Assembly: GCA_002393065.1 (NCBI GenBank)
Contig: DGGW01000004.1
Span: 16,461 to 80,460 of the forward strand
Direction of reading: 5' to 3'
Length of the DNA: 64,000 nucleotides
DNA from: Alphaproteobacteria bacterium UBA3864
GTDB taxonomy: Bacteria; Pseudomonadota; Alphaproteobacteria; CAAGCB01; CAG-977
The position numbers and the translations under genes were made by a program. Shown here in pieces: positions 1-8,962 of this stretch. The notes under the pieces were generated by a model. That model worked only from the letters and a program-made list of their open reading frames with translations, did not search any database and was not told the origin of the DNA. Each line of letters begins with the position of its first letter. Within the stretch, counting starts at the first letter, position 1.

Positions 1-111
1 GTCAGTTTATCACAACAGGCCGCCCGCATTGAAGTTTTTTCGCAACAAAACTTGATTTTCTCGCCCGAAACGCTCAAAATAATAAAAGTTTTTTAATGGG
101 GTTCGGTTTTT

Positions 112-1860
112 ATGCTTTCAAAATTATCTGTTTGCATAATGTTTCTTTCGGTGCTTTTTTCATCCGTTCCGGCCGGAGCCGTTTTGACGGGGGAAACGAA
201 AAATCCGACAAAACCGACACCGGCGGCGGTCGGTTCCTATATGCTGTATCTGCAGGCGAAACAGGATTTGGACTATCCTTCGGCGATCAACTTTCTGCAC
301 GCCGCCATAAAGGAAGACCCCGACAACGCTTCGTTAAACACGGAAATGTTCGCGCTTTTATCATACGAAGGCCGCCTCAAGGAGGCTTTTCCGTTTGCGC
401 AGGCGGAACTGAGGCGCAATCCGGCATCGTTGCTTCCGACGTTGATTTCCGTCGCTTATCTGGCCAAGACCGGTGATTATAAAGAAGCGCTGAAACAAAT
501 CGAATCCTACCCCGAAAAAGAAGAAAACGCTTTCCTTTTCCCGTTGCTCGAAGTTTGGATCCGCGCGGGATTGAACGACAGGAAGAAAGCCGAAGCGGCC
601 TTGTCGAAACTGAACCGCCGCGGAACGGAATCGCTTTATTTTTTCCATACCGCCTTGCTGAAAGACTACTTTAACGATTCGGACGCCGCCCGCGAAAACT
701 TCCAAAATTTGCTGGGCGAACCGGGCGGCCTGTCTTTGCGGGCCGCACAGGTGTACGGGAATTTTCTGCTTCGCGAAGGCGATGACAAAAAATTCAAAGC
801 CCTGATGAAAGCCTATCGGAAGAATCCGAAAACGTACGCGTTGATCGACGAACTGTTCTTTACGGCCGGCGCCCGCTTCGCCGGAAGGAAGATCCCCAAA
901 TCCGTTTCCACCCCCGAACGGGGATTGGCCGAAGCGTTCTTCGACATTTCGGGCAGTTTGTCGGAAAAGGGAAATTCCGAAACGTCGATCTTTTTCATCC
1001 GGACGGCACTGGCTCTGGATTCCGGTTTGTCGCTGGCCCGTTCCCTGCTGGGCGAGCAATTGGAAAAAGAGGGGCGCTACAAAGAAGCCCTGAAACTTTA
1101 CGAAGCGGAAAGCGAAACGTCCGAAACCTATTTTTACGGCCAAATTCGCGCCGCCGTCCTGCTGGCCAAAAAAGGCGATATCGAAAAAGCCGAAAAACGG
1201 CTGCATTCTTTGGCCGACAAACGCAACGATTCCACGATTCCGTGGACGACTCTCGGCGAAGTGATGATCGAAGCGAAAAAATACGATCGCGCCGTCGACG
1301 CTTATACCGAAGCCTTAAACAGAACGGACGTGCTGACCCGCGCGGACTGGACGCTGTTGTACAGCCGCGGAACGGCCTACGAACGCGCCGGAAAGTGGTC
1401 CGAAGCGGAGGAAGACCTGCAACGCGCCCTGATGCTTTCGCCCGATCAGCCTCTGACGCTGAATTACCTCGGTTATTCGTGGCTGGAACGCGGAAAAAAT
1501 ATTTCCGAAGCGACAAAAATGCTGGAACACGCCGTCCGTATGGCGCCCGAAGACGGCTATATCGCCGATTCGCTCGGTTGGGCTTATTATCTGCGAAAAC
1601 AATACGTCAAAGCCTGCGACATTCTGGAAAAAGCGGTCGAAGCCTCCCCCGGCAGCGCGGTCATCAACGACCACCTCGGCGACGTGTACTGGCGTATAGG
1701 CCGCAAACGCGAAGCCGTGTTCCAATGGAAAAAAGCTTTGTCCGTCAATGATGATCTGGACGCCGAAGGACGGGATCGCGTCACTGAAAAAATCAAAAAG
1801 GGACTGGACGCCGTCGGAGATAAAATCACGGTCGTCATGACGGAAAAAAAGAAAAAATGA
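112..1860 (+). CDS. TPR-repeat protein with N-terminal signal peptide
   Basis: 582-aa ORF. Hydrophobic N-terminus MLSKLSVCIMFLSVLFSSVPAGA. Repeated TPR-like helical motifs (AYxEAL, WxxLGxxYxxxG). Stop overlaps the ispE start in ATGA; TPR-ispE pairing is typical of alphaproteobacteria. Confidence 0.75.
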   Translation: MLSKLSVCIMFLSVLFSSVPAGAVLTGETKNPTKPTPAAVGSYMLYLQAKQDLDYPSAINFLHAAIKEDPDNASLNTEMFALLSYEGRLKEAFPFAQAELRRNPASLLPTLISVAYLAKTGDYKEALKQIESYPEKEENAFLFPLLEVWIRAGLNDRKKAEAALSKLNRRGTESLYFFHTALLKDYFNDSDAARENFQNLLGEPGGLSLRAAQVYGNFLLREGDDKKFKALMKAYRKNPKTYALIDELFFTAGARFAGRKIPKSVSTPERGLAEAFFDISGSLSEKGNSETSIFFIRTALALDSGLSLARSLLGEQLEKEGRYKEALKLYEAESETSETYFYGQIRAAVLLAKKGDIEKAEKRLHSLADKRNDSTIPWTTLGEVMIEAKKYDRAVDAYTEALNRTDVLTRADWTLLYSRGTAYERAGKWSEAEEDLQRALMLSPDQPLTLNYLGYSWLERGKNISEATKMLEHAVRMAPEDGYIADSLGWAYYLRKQYVKACDILEKAVEASPGSAVINDHLGDVYWRIGRKREAVFQWKKALSVNDDLDAEGRDRVTEKIKKGLDAVGDKITVVMTEKKKK

Positions 1861-2702
1861 TCACCGTTTCCGCCCCCGCGAAAGTCAATCTGTATCTGCA
1901 CGTCGTCGGAAAAAGACAGGACGGCTATCACTTGCTTGACAGTCTTTTCGCGTTCACGCGCGACGGCGATGAAATCGTCGTCGAAAACAGCGACGATCTG
2001 ACGCTGACGGTCACAAACCCCGATTTGAGCGCCGGCGAAGACAACATCGTGATGAAAGCGGCGCGCAAATTGGCGCAAGCTTTGGATATCGAACCGAAAG
2101 CCGCGATAACTTTGCGCAAAAACCTGCCCGTCGCGTCGGGGATCGGCGGCGGATCATCGGACGCCGCCGCGACATTGGAAGCGTTGCAGCTTTTATGGGG
2201 AAAACGGCTTGAACCAGCCGCGTTGCACCGGTTAGCGACAGAGCTCGGCGCCGACGTGCCCGCGTGTTTGGAAAAAAAGGCCGTCGCCGTTTCCGGCATC
2301 GGCGAGATCCTGACGCCCGCGCCGGCTTTGCCCCCGTTCGCCGTTTTGCTGGTCAACCCGAACAAACCCGTATCGACGCCCGCCGTTTTCAAAGCCCGCC
2401 GCCCTGTTTTTTCCAAAAAAGCGCCCTTGCCGCCCGAAGCGTTCGCCGACGCAGACCTTTTCGTTCGCGAACTGAAAAAAAGGCATAACGATTTGCAGGA
2501 CGCCGCCTGCGTCATCGAACCGGCCGTCCGCGACGTGCTGGCCGCGCTCGAAAAACGGGATAACGCCTTGTTTTCAGCCATGTCCGGCAGCGGCGGAACC
2601 TGCTTCGCCCTGTTTTCAACGGAAGAAAACGCCCGAAAAGCCGCCGTTGAAATCGCCGGAAACCATCCCGATTGGTGGGTGAAACCGAGCGTTTTGATCT
2701 GA
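1857..2702 (+). CDS. ispE: 4-diphosphocytidyl-2-C-methyl-D-erythritol kinase
   Basis: 281 aa. N-terminus MITVSAPAKVNLYLHVVGKRQDGYHLLDSLF and GHMP-kinase glycine motif PVASGIGGGSSDAAA. Confidence 0.9.
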   Translation: MITVSAPAKVNLYLHVVGKRQDGYHLLDSLFAFTRDGDEIVVENSDDLTLTVTNPDLSAGEDNIVMKAARKLAQALDIEPKAAITLRKNLPVASGIGGGSSDAAATLEALQLLWGKRLEPAALHRLATELGADVPACLEKKAVAVSGIGEILTPAPALPPFAVLLVNPNKPVSTPAVFKARRPVFSKKAPLPPEAFADADLFVRELKKRHNDLQDAACVIEPAVRDVLAALEKRDNALFSAMSGSGGTCFALFSTEENARKAAVEIAGNHPDWWVKPSVLI

Positions 2703-2768
2703 AAATATCGCCGGACGGTTCCGAATTTGGCAAAACGAATAAAAAGCCGTTGAGAAGACCAGCTTTTT

Positions 2769-2796
2769 TTGATATAAAATCTTGTCTAGTTATCGT
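2769..2796 (+). promoter_or_regulatory. candidate sigma70-type promoter for the RND efflux operon (TTGATA, 16-nt spacer, TATCGT)
   Basis: Hexamers sit in the 115-bp spacer between ispE and the adaptor gene; the -10 is weak. Confidence 0.3.
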
Positions 2797-2816
2797 CGCT
2801 GTTTCGGCGACTTTTC

Positions 2817-4016
2817 GTGTTTGGAGACCTTTCGATGTTACAAAATATTCGTCGTTTTTCCTTTTGCCTGATCGCCGTTGCGACCGTTTCGGGATTGAGC
2901 GGTTGTTTGAAGCAGAAACAAGCCGCCGCTCCCGTCATGCAAAAACCGCACGTAACCGTCAGCAAAGCCGTTTACGGCGCTTATACGGAACATTTTTCGT
3001 TCCCCGCCCGCGTGGAAGCCGTCGAATCCGTTACGCTGAAAACCCGCGTTTCCGGCTTTTTGAAAGAACGCCTGTTTGAAGAAGGCGATATCGTCAAAAA
3101 AGGTCAGCTGCTGTTCACCATCGAACGCGAACCGTTCGAAGCGCGCGTCGCCGAAGCGGAGGCGAACCTCGCCAAAGCGAAGGCCGACGCTAAAAATTCG
3201 CAACTGAACTTCAACCGCGCCCTCGAATTGCGCAAAACGGGCAACATATCGCAATCGACCGTCGATACCCGCGAAGCAGAAAGCACCGTTGCCAAAGCCG
3301 CCGTTCTGCAGGCGGAAGCCGCGCTGAACATCGCGAAACTGGACCTTGACTACACCAACGTCAAAGCGCCGTTCACCGGCAAAATCGGTCTGGCTGCCTT
3401 TTCGTCGGGCGAATATCTGCCCGCCAATACCGTTTTGGCGCAAATTGTCAGCTTTAACCCGATCAACGCGATCTTTTCCGTTTCCGAACAGGAATTGCTT
3501 TCCATGCAGAAAGCCGGCGTTTTCAACAACAACGGCAATCTTTCCGTTTCGCTGATCATGGCGGATTCCTCCGTTTACCGTTACAGCGGCCAGATCAACT
3601 TCACCGACGTCGTCGTCAACGACGGAACGGATACCATCAAGCTCCGCGCTGTTTTCCCGAACCCCGAAAAACAGCTGGTTTCCGGTCAGTTTGTTTCCCT
3701 GTTGATGGAATACGAAGCGCCGACCGAAAAAATCATCATCCCGCAGGAAGCGCTGATGTCTTCCGTCGCGTCCAAGTACGTTTACGTGATCGATTCCCAG
3801 AACAAAGTCGTCAACAAACCGGTTCAGGTCGGTGTCGAACAAGGCAAAAACATCGTCGTCCTGAACGGATTGGAAGCCGGTGAGCTGGTCATCCGCGAAG
3901 GCCTCCAGAAAGTCCGCCCCGGACAGGAAGTCGTCATCGACATGCCCGCCCCTGCGAAGCCCGTCGAAAATACAGCCCCCGCCACCGTCGAAAGCATCGA
4001 CGATATTGAAGGATAA
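2817..4016 (+). CDS. RND efflux periplasmic adaptor (membrane fusion protein, AcrA/MexA-like) lipoprotein
   Basis: 399 aa. Lipobox LSGC, coiled-coil segment AEAEANLAKAKADAKNSQLNF and a beta-barrel/MP domain typical of the HlyD/MFP family. An alternative start is at 2835. Sits 7 nt upstream of the RND permease. Confidence 0.85.
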   Translation: MFGDLSMLQNIRRFSFCLIAVATVSGLSGCLKQKQAAAPVMQKPHVTVSKAVYGAYTEHFSFPARVEAVESVTLKTRVSGFLKERLFEEGDIVKKGQLLFTIEREPFEARVAEAEANLAKAKADAKNSQLNFNRALELRKTGNISQSTVDTREAESTVAKAAVLQAEAALNIAKLDLDYTNVKAPFTGKIGLAAFSSGEYLPANTVLAQIVSFNPINAIFSVSEQELLSMQKAGVFNNNGNLSVSLIMADSSVYRYSGQINFTDVVVNDGTDTIKLRAVFPNPEKQLVSGQFVSLLMEYEAPTEKIIIPQEALMSSVASKYVYVIDSQNKVVNKPVQVGVEQGKNIVVLNGLEAGELVIREGLQKVRPGQEVVIDMPAPAKPVENTAPATVESIDDIEG

Positions 4017-4022
4017 AACCGT

Positions 4023-7000
4023 ATGTTTTCGCGTATTTTTATCAAACGCCCCCGTCTGGCGATTGTCATTTCTCTGGTCATCACGATCGCCGGCCTGATC
4101 TCGCTGAAAAACATTCCCGTGGCGCAACTGCCCGATGTCGTTCCGCCGTCCGTTCAGGTTTCGGCGCGCTATCCCGGCGCTTCGGCCGAAGTTATCGAAC
4201 AGACCATCGCGCAGATCATCGAATCGCAGGTCAACGGCGTCGACGACATGCTCTATATGGAATCGAGCAGCGCGAACGACGGCAGCTATTCCCTGACGGT
4301 AACGTTCGCATCCGGCACCAATCCGGACATGAACACGGTCAACGTGCAGAACCGCATCAACCAGATTTCGACGAAACTGCCCGCCGAAGTGCAGCAACAA
4401 GGCGTCACGGTCAAGAAAAGAACGTCGAACATGTTGCTGGGCTTCATGCTGTATTCGCCCGACAACACGCGCGACGACAACTTTCTGGCCAACTACATGA
4501 ACATCCGCGTCAAGGACGTTTTGTCCCGCGTGCGCGGCGTCGGCGAAGTCAACACGTTCGGCGACAAGGACTTCAGTATGCGCGTCTGGCTGGATCCGCA
4601 AAAGCTCGCCAACCTCGGCATCGGCAACGCGGAAGTTATGGCGGCGATCGCGTCGCAGAACATCCAGCCGGCCGTCGGTTCCGTCGGCGCGCCGCCGGCC
4701 CCCTCCGATCAACAGATGCAATTCACGATCAAAACGTCGGGACGATTGAGCACGCCGGAACAGTTCGGCGACATCATCATCCGCGCCAACAAAGACGGCG
4801 GTCTGCTCAAACTGAAAGACGTCGCGACGATAGAGCTGGGAACGACGTCTTACGCCACGGGCACCCAATTCAACGGCAGGATCGCTTCCGGCGCGGTCAT
4901 CAATCTGGCTCCGGGCGCCAACGCGATGGACGTCGCTCACGGCGTAAAAACGGAACTGGAACGCATGAAGGCGTTTTTCCCGGACGGCGTTGATTACGTC
5001 ATCATATTCGATACGACGTTGTTCATCGAATCGACGGTCAGCGAAGTCGTTCATACGATTTTTGAAGCTTTCGTTCTGGTGTTGCTGACGGTTTACCTGT
5101 CTTTGGGAACGTGGCGCGCGACGCTGATTCCGGCCATCGCCGTTCCGGTATCCCTGATCGGCACGTTCATCTTCATGGGCTTGTTCGGCGTTTCCGCCAA
5201 CACCGTTTCTTTGTTGTCCATCGTTCTGGTCATCGGCATCGTGGTCGACGACGCCATCATGGTCGTTGAAAACACCGAACGCGTCATCAGCGAAGAACCG
5301 TCTTTGCCGATTCCCGACGCCGTCGCCAAGGCGATGGCGCAAATCACCGCGCCGATCATCGCGATCACGCTGGTCATTCTGTCCGTGTTCGTCCCCGTCA
5401 TCTTCATTCCGGGCATCACGGGACAGCTGTTCAAGCAATTCGCCGTTACGGTGTCGTGTTCGATGATGATTTCAGCCGTCAACGCATTGACGCTTTCTCC
5501 GGCGTTATGCGCCATTTTGCTGCGGCGAGAGGATCAGAAAACGCGAGGCCTCGTGCCGTGGGTCATGCGGCAGATCGACCGCGGACGCGACGTTTATACC
5601 GCGACCGTGCGCAAGCTCGTTCGTCATTCGTCTTTGTCGATTCTGATCATCGCGGCCGTCGTCGCAGGCGCGTGGCAACTCAATAAGCTAACGCCGGCCG
5701 GCTTTCTGCCCGACGAAGACCAAGGCATGTTCATGATCGACATCCAGTTGCCGGAAGGCGCCGCGATCGACAGAACCAGAAACGTTTTAAAGCAGGTTTA
5801 CGATATCCTCAAACAGAATCCGGCCGTCAAAAACACGATGCAGATCGCCGGATACAGTTTGATCGGCGGCAGCGGTCCGAACATGGCGATGTCGATCGTC
5901 GGTCTGAAACCTTATGAAGAACGTCGCGACCCGTCCATGCAGGTCAAAGCCATCGTTGCGGATCTCCAGCCGAAATTCAACAAACTGATGGGCGCCAACA
6001 TCCGCGCGTTCAACCTGCCCGCCATTCCGGGCGTCGGCGTCGCCAACGGCTTTGATTACCGCTTGCAGAACGCGAACGGCGACGCTGTCGAAAACATGGA
6101 AAGAATCATGTTCAAAATGCTGATGGCCGCCAATCAGGATCCCAAATTGCGAATGGTTTACAGTACGTTCAACACCTCAACGCCGCAATTGTTCCTGGAA
6201 CTCGACCGCGTCAAAGCGCAAATGCTGGGCGTCAACATCAAGGACGTGTTCTATCAGCTTCAAACAACGCTGGGATACGTTTACGTCAACGATTTCGCTC
6301 TGAACGGCCGTGTTTATCAGGTCAACGTTCAGGGTGCGGCGGATTCCCGTTCCACCGCCGAATCGGTTTCGCGCCTGTATGTGAAAAACAACAAGGGCGA
6401 AATGGTCCCGTTGCGCTCGCTCGTTACGATCAAACCCGTTTTAGGCCCCTTGTCCCTGACCCGATACAACAACTCGATGACGGTCAAGATCAACGGTTCG
6501 GCCGCCCCCGGTTTCAGCTCCACACAAGCGATGGACGAAATGGAAAAGCTGTCCAAACAGATTTTGCCGGCGGGATACGAATACGAATGGACCGGCATGT
6601 CTTTGCAGGAAAAGACGGCGGCCGGCCAGATGCCCGTCATTCTGTTTCTGGCGTTCCTGTTCGCGTATCTGTTCCTGGTCGCGTTGTACGAAAGCTGGAT
6701 GATCCCGTATCCCGTTTTGCTGTCCGTGTCCGTCGCGTTGCTGGGCGCGCTGTTTTTCCTGTTCGCGCTGGGACTGGAAAACAACGTCTACGCGCAGATC
6801 GGTATGGTCCTGTTGATCGCGCAGGCGTCCAAGAACGCGATTCTGATCGTCGAATTTGCGAAAGAACTGCGCGAAAAAGACAATATGGAACCTGAAGCGG
6901 CGGCGGTTCAGGCGGCGCATTTGCGTTTCCGCGCCGTTATGATGACGGCCGTTTCCTTCATTCTGGGATTGTGGCCGCTGGTCATCGCGACCGGCGCCGG

Positions 7001-7190
7001 CGCGATCGCCCGCCGCTGTATCGGTACGACCGTGTTCGGCGGCATGATCTTTGCGACGGCGTTCGGTATTCTTGTCGTGCCGATGCTGTTCGTCGTCTTT
7101 GTCAAACGTCGTGAAAAGTTCCACACACGCCGCAAAGCCAGAATGGAAAAACGCGAACAGAAGCGTTTGCAGCGCATGATGATGTCCTGA
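4023..7190 (+). CDS. RND multidrug efflux permease (HAE1 family, AcrB/MexB-like)
   Basis: 1055 aa. Start MFSRIFIKRPRLAIV; 12-TM/large-periplasmic-loop architecture with conserved AcrB motifs (VLVIGIVVDDAIMVVEN). Confidence 0.9.
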   Translation: MFSRIFIKRPRLAIVISLVITIAGLISLKNIPVAQLPDVVPPSVQVSARYPGASAEVIEQTIAQIIESQVNGVDDMLYMESSSANDGSYSLTVTFASGTNPDMNTVNVQNRINQISTKLPAEVQQQGVTVKKRTSNMLLGFMLYSPDNTRDDNFLANYMNIRVKDVLSRVRGVGEVNTFGDKDFSMRVWLDPQKLANLGIGNAEVMAAIASQNIQPAVGSVGAPPAPSDQQMQFTIKTSGRLSTPEQFGDIIIRANKDGGLLKLKDVATIELGTTSYATGTQFNGRIASGAVINLAPGANAMDVAHGVKTELERMKAFFPDGVDYVIIFDTTLFIESTVSEVVHTIFEAFVLVLLTVYLSLGTWRATLIPAIAVPVSLIGTFIFMGLFGVSANTVSLLSIVLVIGIVVDDAIMVVENTERVISEEPSLPIPDAVAKAMAQITAPIIAITLVILSVFVPVIFIPGITGQLFKQFAVTVSCSMMISAVNALTLSPALCAILLRREDQKTRGLVPWVMRQIDRGRDVYTATVRKLVRHSSLSILIIAAVVAGAWQLNKLTPAGFLPDEDQGMFMIDIQLPEGAAIDRTRNVLKQVYDILKQNPAVKNTMQIAGYSLIGGSGPNMAMSIVGLKPYEERRDPSMQVKAIVADLQPKFNKLMGANIRAFNLPAIPGVGVANGFDYRLQNANGDAVENMERIMFKMLMAANQDPKLRMVYSTFNTSTPQLFLELDRVKAQMLGVNIKDVFYQLQTTLGYVYVNDFALNGRVYQVNVQGAADSRSTAESVSRLYVKNNKGEMVPLRSLVTIKPVLGPLSLTRYNNSMTVKINGSAAPGFSSTQAMDEMEKLSKQILPAGYEYEWTGMSLQEKTAAGQMPVILFLAFLFAYLFLVALYESWMIPYPVLLSVSVALLGALFFLFALGLENNVYAQIGMVLLIAQASKNAILIVEFAKELREKDNMEPEAAAVQAAHLRFRAVMMTAVSFILGLWPLVIATGAGAIARRCIGTTVFGGMIFATAFGILVVPMLFVVFVKRREKFHTRRKARMEKREQKRLQRMMMS

Positions 7191-7198
7191 TAAAAAAA

Positions 7199-7222
7199 CG
7201 GGACGGGAAAAATCCCGTCCCT
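7199..7222 (+). terminator. hairpin GGGACGGG-AAAAAT-CCCGTCCC after the RND permease stop
   Basis: Perfect 8-bp GC-rich stem directly after the TGA; the downstream T-tract is weak. Confidence 0.45.
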
Positions 7223-7244
7223 TACAAATCCCGAAAGGAATAAA

Positions 7245-7661
7245 ATGGTTCAATTATTTGATAAAATCTCTTCGGTCTTGAAGGATAATATTATAACGCC
7301 TTTGGACGAACGGCGGCTAAAGGAAATGTGCTATATCGGCGATCTGCCCCTTTTAAAAGAACAGCGCACGCATTTCATTCTGCCGATCGGAGTCGTCATT
7401 TCAAAGTTTGCCACCATCGGAAAAGATTGCGTTATTTACCAGAACGTGACCATCGGCGGACGCGATTTCATCCAAAACGGCGATCCGAAAAATTATCCTC
7501 ACATCGGCGATAATTGCATCATTTATCCGGGCGCTTTCATCGTCGGGCCGATCACGATCGGGGAAAATTCCGTTATCGGAGCCAACTCCGTCGTCGTGTC
7601 GAATATCCCGCCGAATTCGATCGTCGGGGGCAATCCCGCCCGAATCATGCCGAAAAGCTGA
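7245..7661 (+). CDS. left-handed beta-helix (hexapeptide-repeat) acyltransferase
   Basis: 138 aa with hexapeptide repeats (IGDNCIIYPGAFIVGPITIGENSVIGANSVVV). GC is lower than in the core genes. Confidence 0.7.
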   Translation: MVQLFDKISSVLKDNIITPLDERRLKEMCYIGDLPLLKEQRTHFILPIGVVISKFATIGKDCVIYQNVTIGGRDFIQNGDPKNYPHIGDNCIIYPGAFIVGPITIGENSVIGANSVVVSNIPPNSIVGGNPARIMPKS

Positions 7662-7691
7662 CGACGCGAATTCTTGCTCCACACCAGAAAA

Positions 7692-7707
7692 TGTTTCACG
7701 TAAAACA
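7692..7707. promoter_or_regulatory. parS-like site TGTTTCACGTAAAACA (one mismatch to the canonical ParB-binding palindrome)
   Basis: Matches 15 of 16 positions of the two perfect copies at 49206 and 63015 and shares their AAAATG 5' flank. Confidence 0.55.
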
Positions 7708-7892
7708 CACCGTCCCGCCGGAATGGATTGCTTTCGTTCCATCGCGGGAAAGGCGTGATATCGTCGTTTCAACACTTAAACAATTAAGCACGTATTTAAT
7801 TAAATGTTTTTCCCTTTGTTTTCAAACATTAAAAATTAAAACTTCATTTACTCGTTTAATTGTGTTATGGTTTCCGGTGAAAGGATGTTTTT

Positions 7893-8249
7893 ATGACGCT
7901 ATCGCAAAACGACACTCCCTCGAACGAAAACGGATTAACGACGCCGAATTTGACGGCCGTTGCCAACGCCTTCAAGTCGTTAGATGATGATATGCGGCTT
8001 CGGATCTTTTGGTTGTTGCGCGACGGCGAAAAAAGCGTCGGAGAAATAGCGGCTTTGATGAAAATGAGCTGTCCGGCCGTTTGTCATCATTTAAAACAGC
8101 TGAAAATCGGCGGATTGCTGGTCAGCCGCCGCGACGGCAAAGAGGTTTACTATACAAAAGCGCAAACGACGCGAACGAATCTGCTTTGCCTGACGATCGA
8201 AGGGTTGATAAAACTCGGTCCGGAGACGTCCGCTTCTTCGCTTCGTTGA
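7893..8249 (+). CDS. ArsR/SmtB-family winged-helix transcriptional regulator
   Basis: 118 aa. HTH segment LRLRIFWLLRDGEKSVGEIAALMKMSCPAVCHHLKQLKIGGLL. Preceded by a 230-bp very AT-rich spacer. Confidence 0.7.
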   Translation: MTLSQNDTPSNENGLTTPNLTAVANAFKSLDDDMRLRIFWLLRDGEKSVGEIAALMKMSCPAVCHHLKQLKIGGLLVSRRDGKEVYYTKAQTTRTNLLCLTIEGLIKLGPETSASSLR

Positions 8250-8360
8250 AAAACGGGAGTTTGCTTAAAAGACCGAAACGATCAAATCGAAGTGAACAAT
8301 GACGGACTTGAAAAATCCGGTCGATTCATTAATAATCATTCCTGTTCATTGGCAGAAACG

Positions 8361-8450
8361 AAAAAAAGCCCTGATTTCTCAAGGCTTTTAAATTGGTGCG
8401 GATAGCGGGACTCGAACCCGCACGAGGATAAGCCTCAACAGATTTTAAGT
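8361..8450. repeat. left copy of a roughly 90-bp direct repeat (tRNA-Leu 3' half plus downstream terminator)
   Basis: About 95% identical to 12655-12745. Contains ...CTGATTTCTCAAGGCTTTT..TGGTGCGGATAGCGGGACTCGAACCCGCACGAGGA.AAGCCTCAACAGATTTTAAGT. Confidence 0.8.
8394..8450 (-). pseudogene. truncated tRNA-Leu fragment (3' 57 nt, from the anticodon loop to CCA)
   Basis: The reverse complement equals the 3' part of the intact tRNA-Leu at 12689-12775, then diverges exactly in the anticodon loop. Confidence 0.8.
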
Positions 8451-8553
8451 TAAAGCTTTGAATTTTTCACCGTTGTTTACGGACATTCTTTGTAATTCAT
8501 ATTCTATAATGAAATCAAAGAGTTATTTGATTACTTCCGTTTTTCGTAATTAA

Positions 8554-8823
8554 AATCTTTCCATCACGATTGATGTTAAAAGTTGCAAAGAGGTTGCAAC
8601 GGAAATCCGCAAAGCGACGGCGGAAACGGAGGCGGCAAAGAGGAAAACGGCGGATTTGAGACGTGAATATGACGCTTTTATCGAACGGACGAACAAGAAT
8701 TACTCTTTCTTCAAAAGCTTTCTTGAATCGCGTCCGGAATGGAAAAAGGAGTTCCTGCGACAGCGTGAGGAGTTGGCGCGGTCGCAGGAAAACCGTTCCA
8801 GAAATTACGGACGGGAACGGTAA
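8554..8823 (+). pseudogene. paralog of the small protein at 11850-12110, lacking a canonical start codon
   Basis: Open frame ...RREYDAFIERTNKNYSFFKSFLESRPEWKKEFLRQREELARSQENRSRNYGRER*. No in-frame ATG/GTG/TTG in the 5' part. Confidence 0.35.
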
Positions 8824-8962
8824 TAACATTAGGGCATCTTTCTGACAAAATCGTAGTATTATTCCTAATTAGAATAGCTATCTATAAAAACAAACGATTA
8901 GACATAGGATCGAAAACTCTTTAAGGTTAAATCAATACCAACCGAACAAAGGAGTTTTCAAA

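Noticed and set aside
361-1516. Minus-strand ORFs (281 aa and 173 aa) and plus ORFs 96-476 and 1242-1751 inside the TPR gene
   Set aside because: Alternative-frame or antisense ORFs with Arg/Pro/Gly-rich junk translations. The 112-1860 frame gives coherent TPR repeats and a signal peptide.
2838-5438. 866-aa minus-strand ORF antisense to the RND adaptor/permease genes
   Set aside because: Arg/Asp/Gly-rich low-complexity translation with no domain signal. The plus-strand frames carry unmistakable MFP and AcrB-family motifs. This is the long antisense ORF typical of GC-rich coding DNA.
6441-7253. 270-aa minus-strand ORF over the 3' end of the RND permease
   Set aside because: Same reason: an antisense artefact with biased R/Q/H/D composition.
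7760-7880. CtrA-type TTAA-N7-TTAAC boxes in the AT-rich spacer upstream of arsR
   Set aside because: Several TTAA tetramers occur, but none with the correct 7-nt spacing and TTAAC partner; this looks like simple AT-richness.
8480-8520. Perfect TATAAT hexamer at 8503-8508 just inside the island
   Set aside because: No acceptable -35 element at 16-18 nt spacing and no TG extension, so there is too little to call a promoter.
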